Positions 22,570-32,442 of a stretch of DNA of 61,581 nucleotides are shown here, one piece after another; the stretch's first letter is position 1; each line of letters starts with the position of its first letter. Under the pieces are notes generated by a model. That model was given only the letters and a program-made list of their open reading frames with translations. It was not told the DNA's origin and made no database searches. Source of the stretch: Gemmatimonadota bacterium (GTDB lineage: Bacteria > Gemmatimonadota > Gemmatimonadetes > Longimicrobiales > Gaopeijiaceae); the NCBI GenBank assembly GCA_037382905.1, contig JARRPL010000002.1, positions 1 to 61,581 on the forward strand, in the 5' to 3' direction. Made by a program: the position numbers and the translations under genes.

Positions 22570-22845
22570 CGGCTCTCTCCCGGATCCAGGCCCACCCGCT
22601 CCCCCTCGAATCCCAACTCCCCGTCCATCGTCCCGCTAAAGAGGCCACGGCGAACGGCGAACGGCAACCCGCCCATCATCGACAGTCGGGGCCACGCCGG
22701 GTCGGCGGCGGTATCCCGGAGGGAGCGAACCGACCCGTTCGACCGCTCGATATCCGTGGGCGAAGGGCACCGGATCGTTCCCGCCGAACGGCGCCACTTC
22801 GGCGCCGGTGTCACGGCGCCGGACCCTCGCCCGACACCGTCCCCG

Positions 22846-23781
22846 TCACCGTCCGCTCCGCAGCACACCGTGGTGGAGGGTGGCCACGAATGAATCCTCG
22901 GCTGCACGGTCCTCTCCCCAGGCTTCCGCCTGGGCCCGGAGGGGCCGGGCGTCCTGGATCTCCTCCAGTGTCATGCCCTCCGCCTCCAGGGTCGCTACGG
23001 CCCTGCGCATCGCCACCAGCGCGTCCCGGTAGGAACGGAGATCGTCCCGGGTGGAGAGGGCGCCGTGTCCGGGAATGACCCGCGTATCGGCGTTCATCAC
23101 TGCGAGGGCCGCGCCGGCGGCCGCGATGACCCCGTCGATGGAACCGCCGCTGGCCGTGTCGATGAAGGGGAAGCGGTCCCGGAAGAAGGTGTCTCCCATG
23201 TGCACCACGTTCGCCCCCTCGAAGTGCACGATGGCGTCCCCGTCGGTATGGGCGTTCGAGACATGAAAGGCGTGAAGCCGATCCCCGTTGATGTGAAAGC
23301 TGACATCCTCGGTGAAGGTCACCACGGGGAGTGCCCCCTCGGGGGCGGCGTCGGTGGTGGACACGGGTCGTCCGATCCGCTCCAGGACCTGATCCACGCT
23401 CATGCGGCGCCGAACGTTCTCGTGGGCCACGATGAGGGCCCCCGCCTCACCCAGGTTCTCGTTCCCACCGGTGTGATCGCCGTGCCAATGGGTGTTGAAC
23501 ACGAATCGCACCGGCTCGGTGGTGAGGGCTCCGATGGCCGCCAGAATCTTCCCCGTCAGGGGTGCGAACTGGTCGTCCACCACGAACACCCCATCGTCGC
23601 CCACCGACACGCCGATGTTGCCTCCCTGACCCACCAGCATGAAGACCCCGTCCGCCACCGGCAGCGTCTCGATCTCGACGTCGGCCATCTCCTGGGCCCG
23701 AAGGCCGGACCAGGACGGCGCGAGAGCGACCGCCAGAACGGCCGCAGCCACGGGGAAACGGGTCAGGGTGCTCTGGACCAT
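22846..23781 (-). CDS. Secreted metallo-beta-lactamase-fold hydrolase (cyclase-like)
   Basis: Signal peptide, GGNIG, VDDQF, THWHGDHTGGN, AHTDGD, GD, IPGHG. Confidence 0.9.
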   Translation of the reverse strand: MVQSTLTRFPVAAAVLAVALAPSWSGLRAQEMADVEIETLPVADGVFMLVGQGGNIGVSVGDDGVFVVDDQFAPLTGKILAAIGALTTEPVRFVFNTHWHGDHTGGNENLGEAGALIVAHENVRRRMSVDQVLERIGRPVSTTDAAPEGALPVVTFTEDVSFHINGDRLHAFHVSNAHTDGDAIVHFEGANVVHMGDTFFRDRFPFIDTASGGSIDGVIAAAGAALAVMNADTRVIPGHGALSTRDDLRSYRDALVAMRRAVATLEAEGMTLEEIQDARPLRAQAEAWGEDRAAEDSFVATLHHGVLRSGR

Positions 23782-24020
23782 GCGAAGGCTCCCAGGGGAT
23801 CGACGAAGAGGTGGGACGGGACCGGAGGATGGCTCCCCGCCGCTGGACGGCGCAAGCAGGTGCCGGCCCTCCAGCGCCAGTCGGGGCACGGCGCGGGCGT
23901 CGGGGGCGCGCCGCCCCCGGGGCTGCCCGGGAATGCTCCGGGCCGGACGGGTTGCGGGCCTGGTTCCGGACAGGCCTCTTGCTGCCTCGGCCCCACCCCC
24001 TACTGCGACGAGGTCGACGC

Positions 24021-25439
24021 TTGAACGCACTGCTCCTGCTTGTGCCCATCGCCTTCCACGGTCTCGGACTCGTGTCGTCCATCGACGCCGTCATGAGCAC
24101 CCGCACCCCTCAGGGTGCGGTGGCCTGGGCCGTCTTCCTGAACACCTTTCCCTACCTGGCCGTGCCGGCGTACTGGATCCTGGGCCGCAGTCGGTTCCGC
24201 GGGTACGTGGACGCCCGACAGGACACCAGCACGAGCCTGGCCCGGAAGCTGGAGGGTCACGCTCGCCGGAGATATGCTCTGGCCTCCGGGATCCGACAGG
24301 AACGTGGGACGACCCCCGCCGAACGAGTCGCCGGGATGCCCTACGTCCGGGGGAACCGTCTGGACCTCCTCATCGACGGGGACGCGACCTTCGCCAGCAT
24401 CCTGGGGGGCCTGGACCGGGCCCGCGACTACATCCTCTTCCAGTTCTTCATTCTCAAGGATGACCGCATCGGCCAGAAGGTGAAGCACCATCTGACCGAA
24501 CGGGCGCGGGCCGGGATCCGCGTCCACGTGCTCTACGACGAGGTGGGCAGCCACTCCCTGCCCCGCCGGTACCTTCGGGAGCTACGAGAGGCGGGCGTCC
24601 AGGTCTTCGCCTTCAACACCCGCAAGGGCCCCCGGAACCGTTTCCAGATCAACTTCCGCAATCACCGCAAGCTGGTGGTGGTGGACGGGAAGGAGGCCTG
24701 GCTCGGAGGGCACAACGTGGGGGACGAGTACATGGGTGAGGATCCCCGTTTCGGCCGCTGGCGCGATACCCATCTCCACATCGTGGGGCCCGCCGCCGTC
24801 GAGGCTCAGCTGGCCTTCGCCGAGGACTGGTACTGGGCCACGGATGAGGCGCTGGAGCTGGACTGGACCCCGGTGCCGTCCAGCGACGGAGACGCCGAGG
24901 TGCTGGTCCTCCCCACCGGACCGGCGGACCCCCTGGAGACGGCCGCCTTGATGTTCACCTACGCCATCAACTCAGCGGAACAACGGCTGTGGCTCGCCAC
25001 GCCCTACTTCGTTCCGGACGAGGGTCTCATGAACGCCCTCCTCATCGCCGGTCTGCGGGGGGTCGACGTCCGGGTGCTGATCCCCGACAAGCCGGACCAC
25101 CTTCCGGCCTACCTCGCCGCCTTCGCCTACCAGTCCCGGTCGGCGGAGACCGGGGTCCGCTTCTTCCGATACACCGACGGCTTCCTTCATCAGAAGGTGT
25201 TCATCGTCGACGACCGTCTCGCGGCCATCGGCTCGGCGAACTTCGACAACCGCTCCTTCAGGCTGAACTTCGAGATCACGGCCCTGGTGAAGGACGCAGA
25301 CTTCGTGGGCCGGGTTCACGAGATGCTGGAGGCGGATTTCGAGCGATCCACGCCCATGCCGCCGGACACCTTCGTCAGCAAGCCCTTCTGGTTCAGGCTC
25401 GCCGCCAACGTGGCGCGCCTGACGGCGCCGGTGCAGTGA
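24021..25439 (+). CDS. cls: Cardiolipin synthase
   Basis: Two HKD motifs (NHRKLVVVD, HQKVFIVD), GSANFDNRSFRLNFE, N-terminal TM hairpin; TTG start with GAGG SD. Confidence 0.93.
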   Translation: MNALLLLVPIAFHGLGLVSSIDAVMSTRTPQGAVAWAVFLNTFPYLAVPAYWILGRSRFRGYVDARQDTSTSLARKLEGHARRRYALASGIRQERGTTPAERVAGMPYVRGNRLDLLIDGDATFASILGGLDRARDYILFQFFILKDDRIGQKVKHHLTERARAGIRVHVLYDEVGSHSLPRRYLRELREAGVQVFAFNTRKGPRNRFQINFRNHRKLVVVDGKEAWLGGHNVGDEYMGEDPRFGRWRDTHLHIVGPAAVEAQLAFAEDWYWATDEALELDWTPVPSSDGDAEVLVLPTGPADPLETAALMFTYAINSAEQRLWLATPYFVPDEGLMNALLIAGLRGVDVRVLIPDKPDHLPAYLAAFAYQSRSAETGVRFFRYTDGFLHQKVFIVDDRLAAIGSANFDNRSFRLNFEITALVKDADFVGRVHEMLEADFERSTPMPPDTFVSKPFWFRLAANVARLTAPVQ

Positions 25440-25462
25440 CGTTCGGCGGGTAACCTGCACAG

Positions 25463-25478
25463 CGGATCGATTCTTGCG
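25463..25478 (+). promoter_or_regulatory. Possible sigma-54 promoter upstream of the flavoprotein gene
   Basis: CGGATCGATTCTTGCG has GG-N10-GC spacing with TTGC, about 55 nt before ATG 25534. Confidence 0.35.
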
Positions 25479-25533
25479 TCGGTCGTAGAGAGCGTACGCA
25501 GTCACCCCCCCGCTCCTCCCTCACCCGGATACC

Positions 25534-26265
25534 ATGGTCCAGGCCGACGCGAAGTTCTCGGATCTCTCCGCCCTCTTCCTCAACTGTACCCTCAAGCCTA
25601 CGGGCACGCCGTCCAACACCGCCGCCCTCATCGGTGTCTCCACCGCCATTCTGGAGGCCAACGGCGTCCAGGCCGACGTGCTTCGACCGGTGGATTACCA
25701 CCTGGCCCCCGGGGTCCGACCCGACATGACGGAGCACGGCTTCGACCGCGACGACTGGCCGGAACTGCGGAAGAAGGTCCTGGCCTCCGACATCCTGGTC
25801 CTGGCGACACCCATCTGGCTGGGCGAGGAGAGCTCGGTCTGCCGCAGAGTGATCGAGCGGCTCTACAGCGAATCCGGCAAAGAGAATGATCGGGGCCAGT
25901 ACATCTACTACGGCCGAGTGGGCGGGTGCCTCATCACCGGGAACGAGGACGGCCTCAAGCATTGCGGGATGAGCCTGCTCTATGCCCTCCAGCACCTGGG
26001 ATTCTGCATCCCACCCCAGGCGGACGCGGGCTGGGTGGGCGAAGCAGGACCGGGAAGATCGTATGCCGACGAGGGATCGGGTGGCCCGTCGAACGCCTTC
26101 ACCCAGCGGGCGACCACCTTCATGACGTGGAACCTCATGAACATGGCGCGGATGATCAGGGACGCCGGGGGCATTCCGCCCCGGGGCAACTCGGTGGAGG
26201 CGTGGCAGGACGGAGCCCGCTTCGACCACCCCCACCCGGATACCTTCACGGTGGAGACCGGTTGA
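25534..26265 (+). CDS. Flavodoxin-like / NADPH-dependent FMN reductase family protein
   Basis: NCTLK, SNT, LATPIWLG, ITGNEDG, PPQAD. Confidence 0.88.
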   Translation: MVQADAKFSDLSALFLNCTLKPTGTPSNTAALIGVSTAILEANGVQADVLRPVDYHLAPGVRPDMTEHGFDRDDWPELRKKVLASDILVLATPIWLGEESSVCRRVIERLYSESGKENDRGQYIYYGRVGGCLITGNEDGLKHCGMSLLYALQHLGFCIPPQADAGWVGEAGPGRSYADEGSGGPSNAFTQRATTFMTWNLMNMARMIRDAGGIPPRGNSVEAWQDGARFDHPHPDTFTVETG

Positions 26266-26294
26266 ACGGTCAGGCGGTCCTCCGGTAGGACCCC

Positions 26295-26636
26295 TTAGGT
26301 GCCCACCGCCGCCGGCAGCCAGTGGTAGAGCACCATGAGCCCCGACACCATGAACACGGCAAGGGCCAACCCGGCCACGAAAACCCCGGTGAAGATCCTG
26401 GAGTCGAACTTCAGGTGCATGAAGAAGCCCACCACCAGAAAGAACTTCACCGCGGAGAGGATCAGGAGGAGGGGAACCTCGAGGCTCCCGAGCTCCATGT
26501 AGTACGCGCCCACCTCGAGACCCGTGAGCGCGGCGAGGATCCCGCCGATGGTCCAGTAGAACCCGACCGAGGCGTGACCGCCATGCGCGTCGTGGCCGGG
26601 CTCCCCGGGGGCACTCTGTTCGGTCTGCGTCGCCAT
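26295..26636 (-). CDS. ctaF: Cytochrome c oxidase subunit IV (caa3 type)
   Basis: LTGLEV, KFFLVVGFFMHLKFD; follows subunit III. Confidence 0.85.
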   Translation of the reverse strand: MATQTEQSAPGEPGHDAHGGHASVGFYWTIGGILAALTGLEVGAYYMELGSLEVPLLLILSAVKFFLVVGFFMHLKFDSRIFTGVFVAGLALAVFMVSGLMVLYHWLPAAVGT

Positions 26637-26647
26637 GGAGGTCTCTC

Positions 26648-27244
26648 CTACGGAATCAGGTAGACGAGAACGAAGATCACGATCCAGACGATGTCCACGA
26701 AGTGCCAGTAGAGCCCGGCGATCTCCACGTTCAGCGCCTTGGACGGGGGTAGCTTGTCCCGAAGCGCCATGACGAAGAGGGTGATCATCCAGATCACTCC
26801 CACCGTCACGTGGGCTCCGTGGAAGCCGGTCAGCACGAAGAACGTGGACCCGAAGACGTTCTGCTGGAGGGTGAGACCCTCGTGCACGAAGTGTGTGAAC
26901 TCGTAGTACTGGAACCCAAGGAAGATGGACCCGAAGACGATGACCGTCGCCAGCCAGGCCAGCGTCAGCTTCTTGTTCCCCCGCTGCACGCCGTCCAGGG
27001 CGAGCACCATGGCCAACGAGCTCATGAGGAGCACGAAGGTGGAGATGGTGGTCAGGGGAATGTCGAAGACGTCCGCCGGGTAGGGGCCCTGCAGCGCAGC
27101 GCCCTTGTACACCATGTAGGTCGACAGAAGCGTGCCGAAGAAGAGGCATTCGGACCCGATGAAGGTCCAGAACCCCACCTTCCAGCTGTTCAGGCCGGTG
27201 GCGGTGTAGTGATGGTCGTCGTGGGCGACGGCAGCTTCAGCCAT
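26648..27244 (-). CDS. ctaE: Cytochrome c oxidase subunit III
   Basis: SECLFF, TGFHGAHV, LYWHFVDIVW. Confidence 0.95.
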   Translation of the reverse strand: MAEAAVAHDDHHYTATGLNSWKVGFWTFIGSECLFFGTLLSTYMVYKGAALQGPYPADVFDIPLTTISTFVLLMSSLAMVLALDGVQRGNKKLTLAWLATVIVFGSIFLGFQYYEFTHFVHEGLTLQQNVFGSTFFVLTGFHGAHVTVGVIWMITLFVMALRDKLPPSKALNVEIAGLYWHFVDIVWIVIFVLVYLIP

Positions 27245-27283
27245 GTCTCTCTGAGATTCAGTTGATCAGTTCGGCGCCGCCCG

Positions 27284-29134
27284 TCAGTGGGCTGCCTTCT
27301 CGGCGAAGGGATCCTCGAAGGCCCAGCTGTACACCCCGAATGCGGTGAACGCGAGACCCAGAAGGGGGACCCACCAGACTCCGGTCATGACGAGGGCCCA
27401 GGTGAGCGTCACCCCGAGGGCCACCACCAGGGGCCAGCACGAGGAGTTCGGCATCTCGGGCTCCACCACCGGCTCCTTGTGCGTCACCGCCTCGATCTCC
27501 CGACGCTCGTCCTCGTGCCACATGGGCTCGCGAGAGCGGACGTGGGGAAGCTCCGGGAAGTTGTAGTGGTGGGGCGGTGAGGGGATGGACCACTCCAGCG
27601 AGGGGGCACCCCAGGGGTTCGCCCCGGCCCGCTCGCCGGAACGGGCACTCTTCCAGAGGTTCCACAACAGGACCAGCGTGCTGATCCCCAGCAGGAACCC
27701 ACCGATGGTCGAGAGCTGGTTGAAGAGCTCCACGTTCAGACCCGCCTGATAGGTCCACGTCCGGCGGGGCTGGCCGTACATCCCCGAGAAGTGCATCGGG
27801 AAGAAGGTGAGGTTGAAGCCCACCATGGTGGACCAGAAGTGCCACTGCCCCAGCTTCTCGCTCAGGAAGCGGCCCGTGACCTTGGGGAACCAGTAGTAGA
27901 CGCCACTGAACATCCCCAGCAGGATCCCCCCGACGATGACGTAGTGGAAGTGGGCCACCACGAAGTACGAGTCGTGCTGCTGGAGATCCACCGGCGCGGA
28001 GGCATGCATGACACCTGAGAGACCCCCGACGGTGAAGAGGGCCACCAACCCCACGGCGAACATCATGGCGGTGTTGAAGTGGAGCCGTCCGCCCCACATG
28101 GTGGCCATCCAGTTGAAGATCTTCACCCCCGTGGGGATGGCGATGATCATGGTGGAGGCGACGAAGAACGAGTCGGCGATGGGCCCGAGCCCCGAGGTGA
28201 ACATGTGGTGGCTCCACACACCCCAGCCGATGAAGCCGATGAGGACGCCCGCGTAGACCACCACCGGGTACCCGAAGAGTGGCTTCCTGGAGAAGGCGGG
28301 GATCACGTCGCTGATCACGCCGAAGGCCGGAAGGACCAGGATGTAGACCTCCGGGTGACCGAAGATCCAGAAGAGGTGCTGCCACAGGACCGGGTCGCCG
28401 CCTGCGCTGGCCACGAAGAAATTCGTGGCGAAAAATCGGTCGAATGCCAGCAGGATCAACGCCACGGCGATCACCGGAAGCGCCGTCACCAGGAGGAACG
28501 ACGTCACGAACGTCATCCAGGTGAAGAGGGGCATGCGCATGAGCTTCATGCCCGGAGCACGCAGGTTGATGATCGTGGTGATGAAGTTCACACCCCCCAT
28601 GATCGAGCTCACGCCCAGGATCGAGAGCCCCAGGACCCAGAAGTCCACGTTCAGGCCCGGGGAGTACTGGGCGGAGGTCAGGTTCGAGTACCCGACCCAG
28701 CTCGTGTTCGGAGCCGCGCCGACGAACCAGGAGGCATTCAGGTAGAGTCCCCCGAACAGATAGATCCAGTACGAGAGGGCGTTCAGGCGGGGGAAGGCCA
28801 CGTCGCGGGCGCCGATCTGGAGCGGGACCACGTAGTTGAAGAACGCCACCGCCATGGGCATGGCCACCAGGAAGATCATGGTGGTGCCATGCATCGTGAA
28901 GAGCTGGTTGTACAGCTCCGGCGTCATGAAGTCGCTCTCGGGCCGGAAGAGCTGGATCCGGATGAGGAGCGCTTCGATCCCTCCCACGCCCAGGAAGAAC
29001 AGGGAGGTGATGAAGTACATGATGCCGATCCGCTTGTGATCGACGGTGGTCATCCAACTCCAGATCCCCGTGTCCTCCTCGTGGGGAACCGGCGCGACGG
29101 CAGGGGCTGGAGCGGCTGGGGTCGTGACCGACAT
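27284..29134 (-). CDS. ctaD: Cytochrome c oxidase subunit I (A1 type)
   Basis: DHKRIG, TMHG, GHPEVY, WSHHM, AHFHY. Confidence 0.97.
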   Translation of the reverse strand: MSVTTPAAPAPAVAPVPHEEDTGIWSWMTTVDHKRIGIMYFITSLFFLGVGGIEALLIRIQLFRPESDFMTPELYNQLFTMHGTTMIFLVAMPMAVAFFNYVVPLQIGARDVAFPRLNALSYWIYLFGGLYLNASWFVGAAPNTSWVGYSNLTSAQYSPGLNVDFWVLGLSILGVSSIMGGVNFITTIINLRAPGMKLMRMPLFTWMTFVTSFLLVTALPVIAVALILLAFDRFFATNFFVASAGGDPVLWQHLFWIFGHPEVYILVLPAFGVISDVIPAFSRKPLFGYPVVVYAGVLIGFIGWGVWSHHMFTSGLGPIADSFFVASTMIIAIPTGVKIFNWMATMWGGRLHFNTAMMFAVGLVALFTVGGLSGVMHASAPVDLQQHDSYFVVAHFHYVIVGGILLGMFSGVYYWFPKVTGRFLSEKLGQWHFWSTMVGFNLTFFPMHFSGMYGQPRRTWTYQAGLNVELFNQLSTIGGFLLGISTLVLLWNLWKSARSGERAGANPWGAPSLEWSIPSPPHHYNFPELPHVRSREPMWHEDERREIEAVTHKEPVVEPEMPNSSCWPLVVALGVTLTWALVMTGVWWVPLLGLAFTAFGVYSWAFEDPFAEKAAH

Positions 29135-29147
29135 GGCTCGTCTCGTC

Positions 29148-30272
29148 CTAGCGGAGGTCGTACAGGTAGGTCGCCAACGTGCGGACCTGTTCCGGCGTCA
29201 GGTTGAAGGCCGGCCAGACCACGGGGGGTCGACCCCCCGGGTACCCCAGCCCCGGCATGAGGGCACCGGGCTTCACGGACTGGGGATCGCTGATCCAGCG
29301 GACCAGGTTGTCCACGTTGTTCTCCAGCATCCCGGCGGCGATGGTGGATCGCCGACCCAGGAGGGTGAGGTTGGGAGCGATGGCGCCCGCCTCGGAGACA
29401 CCATTGATGGCATGGCAGGCCGAGCAGTTCGCCAGGAAGAGCTGGCGAGCTTCCTGGGCCTGCGCGTCCTCGCTCGACACCTCCGTCGGCAGGGGAACGG
29501 CTCCTGCCACGGTGAGGGCCTGGCTCTGGGTCACCTCTTCCGGATGACCCTGTTCCAGATCCGACAGCCAGGCCTGAAAATCCTCCTCGGTCTCCACCAC
29601 CACCCGCATCCCCATGAGGGAGTGGGCCTCGCCGCAGAACTCGGCGCACTGCCCCCAGAAGGTGCCCGTCTCCGAGGCGGTGAGGTGGATCCAGTTGTAC
29701 TTCAGATCCTGCCCTTCCGGCCTCATCCGGAGCGGGTTGGCGTCCCGTTTGCCCCCCAGCTGCGGCACCCAGAACGAGTGGATGACGTCATCCGAGTGGA
29801 GCCGGAACGAGACGGGGCGACCCACCGGGATGTGCACCTCGTTGGCCGTCACCAGATCCCCGTTCTGGGGATACCGGAACTCCCACCAGTACTGGTGCCC
29901 GATGACCTCCACCACCAGCGCGTCCTCCGGGGTCTCCTGGGTGGCGAAGACCGCCTGGATCGTGGGGATGGCGATGGCGACCACGATGAGGGCCGGGACG
30001 ATGGTCCAGGCGATCTCCATCCCCATGTGGCCATGGAACTGTTTCGGCGGCGGCCCGTCCGGGCGCTCACGATACTTCACCAGGATGTAGGCCAGGACCA
30101 CCCACACCACGGTGAGAATCAGGACGGACCACCAGAAGATCTGTCCGTACAGGGAGTGGATCGTCTCGGCGAAGTCCGAGGCGGGGTTGACGGAGGACTG
30201 GGGGTACTCGCCGGCACAGGCCGTGAGGAGCCCCAGGCCGATCCATCCCAGCAGCGATCTCGCAAACCTCAT
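29148..30272 (-). CDS. ctaC: Cytochrome c oxidase subunit II with fused cytochrome c (caa3), lipoprotein
   Basis: Lipobox LTAC, CuA ligands DVIHSF and CAEFCGEAHSLM, haem motif CSACH. Confidence 0.95.
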   Translation of the reverse strand: MRFARSLLGWIGLGLLTACAGEYPQSSVNPASDFAETIHSLYGQIFWWSVLILTVVWVVLAYILVKYRERPDGPPPKQFHGHMGMEIAWTIVPALIVVAIAIPTIQAVFATQETPEDALVVEVIGHQYWWEFRYPQNGDLVTANEVHIPVGRPVSFRLHSDDVIHSFWVPQLGGKRDANPLRMRPEGQDLKYNWIHLTASETGTFWGQCAEFCGEAHSLMGMRVVVETEEDFQAWLSDLEQGHPEEVTQSQALTVAGAVPLPTEVSSEDAQAQEARQLFLANCSACHAINGVSEAGAIAPNLTLLGRRSTIAAGMLENNVDNLVRWISDPQSVKPGALMPGLGYPGGRPPVVWPAFNLTPEQVRTLATYLYDLR

Positions 30273-30312
30273 GATGATATGGCGTCGGATACGCAGGAGG
30301 GTCCGACCGGAA

Positions 30313-30570
30313 TCACGACAACTCGCTCAGATCGATGCTCTCGTCCAGCAGCATGATGGGGATGTCGTCCCGGACCGGATAAAGGAGGCGCCCATCCTGC
30401 CGCACCAGGGCCGCAGAAAGTGGCGTCGAAACGCTGGATCCACCCCGGTTCCGCACTCGGCCGTCCGCCATTGCGGCGTTGAGCCGGGCGAGGAGATCGT
30501 CGTCGGCGACACGAAGAGACTGCTTCGTGTCGGGACAGACCAGGAGCTCGATGAGTTCGGCGTCCAACAT
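30313..30570 (-). CDS. Trm112-like (YcaR/UPF0434) protein
   Basis: LIELLVCP...L, YPVRDDIPIMLLDE. Confidence 0.85.
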   Translation of the reverse strand: MLDAELIELLVCPDTKQSLRVADDDLLARLNAAMADGRVRNRGGSSVSTPLSAALVRQDGRLLYPVRDDIPIMLLDESIDLSELS

Positions 30571-30689
30571 GAACGCTGCAGCACCTCTGGATCCATTCTT
30601 GGAAGCGGGGGGTTGAATCCTGGAAAATTAGCAGTCTCGCCGCAGCAGCGCGAGACGCCAGGACCCTTTTCCCTCTACGTTCCGATTTC

Positions 30690-31163
30690 ATGACCCTGCG
30701 CGGGCGATCCCGTTCCAAACGTCCCCTCTCCGCGGCACTCCTCGTCGGGGGCCTCCTGTTCGCGGGGGCGGCAGCCGCCCAACGGGGCGGCCTGACGGCG
30801 GCGGCCACCGCTCGTGTGGCCTTCGGAGCCGACACCGTCGTGGCCGAGGTCGCCCAGACGCCGGAGGAGCGCAGTCAGGGCCTCATGTATCGGGAGCAGC
30901 TGGCTCCGGACGAAGGAATGCTCTTCATCTTTCCGGACAACTCGGTCCGGAGCTTCTGGATGCAGAACACCTACCTCCCCCTGGACATCGCCTTCCTCGA
31001 CCCGTCGTTCCGGGTCGTGGACATCCAGCAGATGGAACCCATGACCACCGAGCAGCACACCGCCCGGGCCGCCTTCATGTATGCCCTGGAAGTGAACCAG
31101 GGGTGGTTCTCCGACCACGGTGTGGAGGTGGGCGACGTCGCCGAGATCTCCTTCGGCCGCTGA
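30690..31163 (+). CDS. DUF192 (UPF0127) family protein
   Basis: AEVAQT..ER..GLMYR, GMLFIF, FWMQNT.LPLDIAF, ALEVNQG. Confidence 0.9.
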   Translation: MTLRGRSRSKRPLSAALLVGGLLFAGAAAAQRGGLTAAATARVAFGADTVVAEVAQTPEERSQGLMYREQLAPDEGMLFIFPDNSVRSFWMQNTYLPLDIAFLDPSFRVVDIQQMEPMTTEQHTARAAFMYALEVNQGWFSDHGVEVGDVAEISFGR

Positions 31164-31186
31164 CCCCGGTCCGGTAGAGGAGGAGG

Positions 31187-32350
31187 TCAGGAGGACACGT
31201 CCTCCAGGGCCCGGATCAGGGCGTCCACGTCCCTCTGGTCGTTGTACACGTTGGGGCTGATCCGGAGGGATGCGCCCCGGAGGGATACGCTCACGCCCCG
31301 TTCGTCCAGGGCCGCCCGAACCCGTCCCAACTCCAGGCCGGCAGGCATGCGAAGCCCGAAGAGATGCGGGCTCCGGAAGTCTGCCTCCTCCACCCCGAAG
31401 CCCAGCTCCTCCGCCCGCCGGATCAGGGGAGCGGAGATCCTCCCGGTGTATTCGGAGATCCCGTCGGTCCCCCAGCCCCTCAACAGACGCAGCGCCGCCG
31501 CCGCCACCGGGAGGAGGGCGAAGTTCGATCGCTCTCCCACGTCGTAGCGGACGGCCCCGGGCTGATACTCGTCGGTGTATTCCACGAGCCCCTTGAAGTC
31601 CTCGCTCCCCCGGCGCCCGATCCAGGTCTCCTCCAGCGGCACGCCGTCGTCGAACCGAGGTCCGAGCCAGGCGAAGGCCAGGGCATACGGGCCCAACAGC
31701 CACTTGTAGGCCGCCACCACCAGCGCGTCGGGCTGCACCTCCCGGACGTCGAAGGGAACGGCACCCACCGACTGGGTCCCGTCCACCAGCAGAGCCGCCC
31801 CCACGTCCCTGGCCCGAGCCCCCACCGCCGGCAGGTCGAACCGGGTTCCGTCGGTCCAGTGGACGGTGGGCACCGCCACGATGCCGGTGGCGGGGCCGAT
31901 GGCCTCCAGGAGATCCTGGTTCCAGCGAGCCCCGACCGCCGGGCCGGACGGCCGCGGCACCGTGCGGATACGCGCCCCTGTCTCCTCGGCCCGGCGCCGC
32001 CAGGCGTAGACGTTGCCGGGGAACTGCTCCCCCACCACCACCACCTCCTGGCCCTCCGCCAGGGGAAGGTTCCGGGCCGCGGTGGCGACCCCGTAGCTCG
32101 CGGAGGGATGGATGGCCACGCGGGTGGGATCCGGCGCATTCACCAGACCTCCGAAGAGCTTCCGGACCTCGTCCGAGTCCCGGAAGAAGTCATCGGGCCC
32201 GATGGCGGTGGGAACGCGTTTGAGCCGAAGTGCCCGGATTCCCGCCTCCTCCGCAGCCCGGGGCAGGGGGCCCATGTACGCGCAGTTCAGGTAGTGGAGG
32301 TCGGCCGGGAGGCGAAAGGCGTCCTTCTGGCACTGGAGGGGCGTGGGCAT
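31187..32350 (-). CDS. Class V PLP-dependent aminotransferase-like protein
   Basis: YLNCAYMGP, VDGTQSVG, YKWLLGP, LRISPNVYN. Confidence 0.9.
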   Translation of the reverse strand: MPTPLQCQKDAFRLPADLHYLNCAYMGPLPRAAEEAGIRALRLKRVPTAIGPDDFFRDSDEVRKLFGGLVNAPDPTRVAIHPSASYGVATAARNLPLAEGQEVVVVGEQFPGNVYAWRRRAEETGARIRTVPRPSGPAVGARWNQDLLEAIGPATGIVAVPTVHWTDGTRFDLPAVGARARDVGAALLVDGTQSVGAVPFDVREVQPDALVVAAYKWLLGPYALAFAWLGPRFDDGVPLEETWIGRRGSEDFKGLVEYTDEYQPGAVRYDVGERSNFALLPVAAAALRLLRGWGTDGISEYTGRISAPLIRRAEELGFGVEEADFRSPHLFGLRMPAGLELGRVRAALDERGVSVSLRGASLRISPNVYNDQRDVDALIRALEDVSS

Positions 32351-32442
32351 GGCAGACGGGTCCGGGTCACGGTTTCGGCTGGGGGTGGCGCCGTGTACGT
32401 TGCCACGCCCTGGTGCGCCCGAATCTCCAGCCCTTGCCTGCC

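Noticed and set aside
30618-30663. Nested hairpin (TCCTGG/CCAGGA, GTCTCGC/GCGAGAC) between the Trm112-like and DUF192 genes as a riboswitch
   Set aside because: Short, no recognisable aptamer motif, and plausible by chance at this GC content.
31187-32350. Class V PLP enzyme as a selenocysteine lyase linked to selD
   Set aside because: It lies 30 kb away and lacks the catalytic Cys motif of IscS/SufS-type enzymes.
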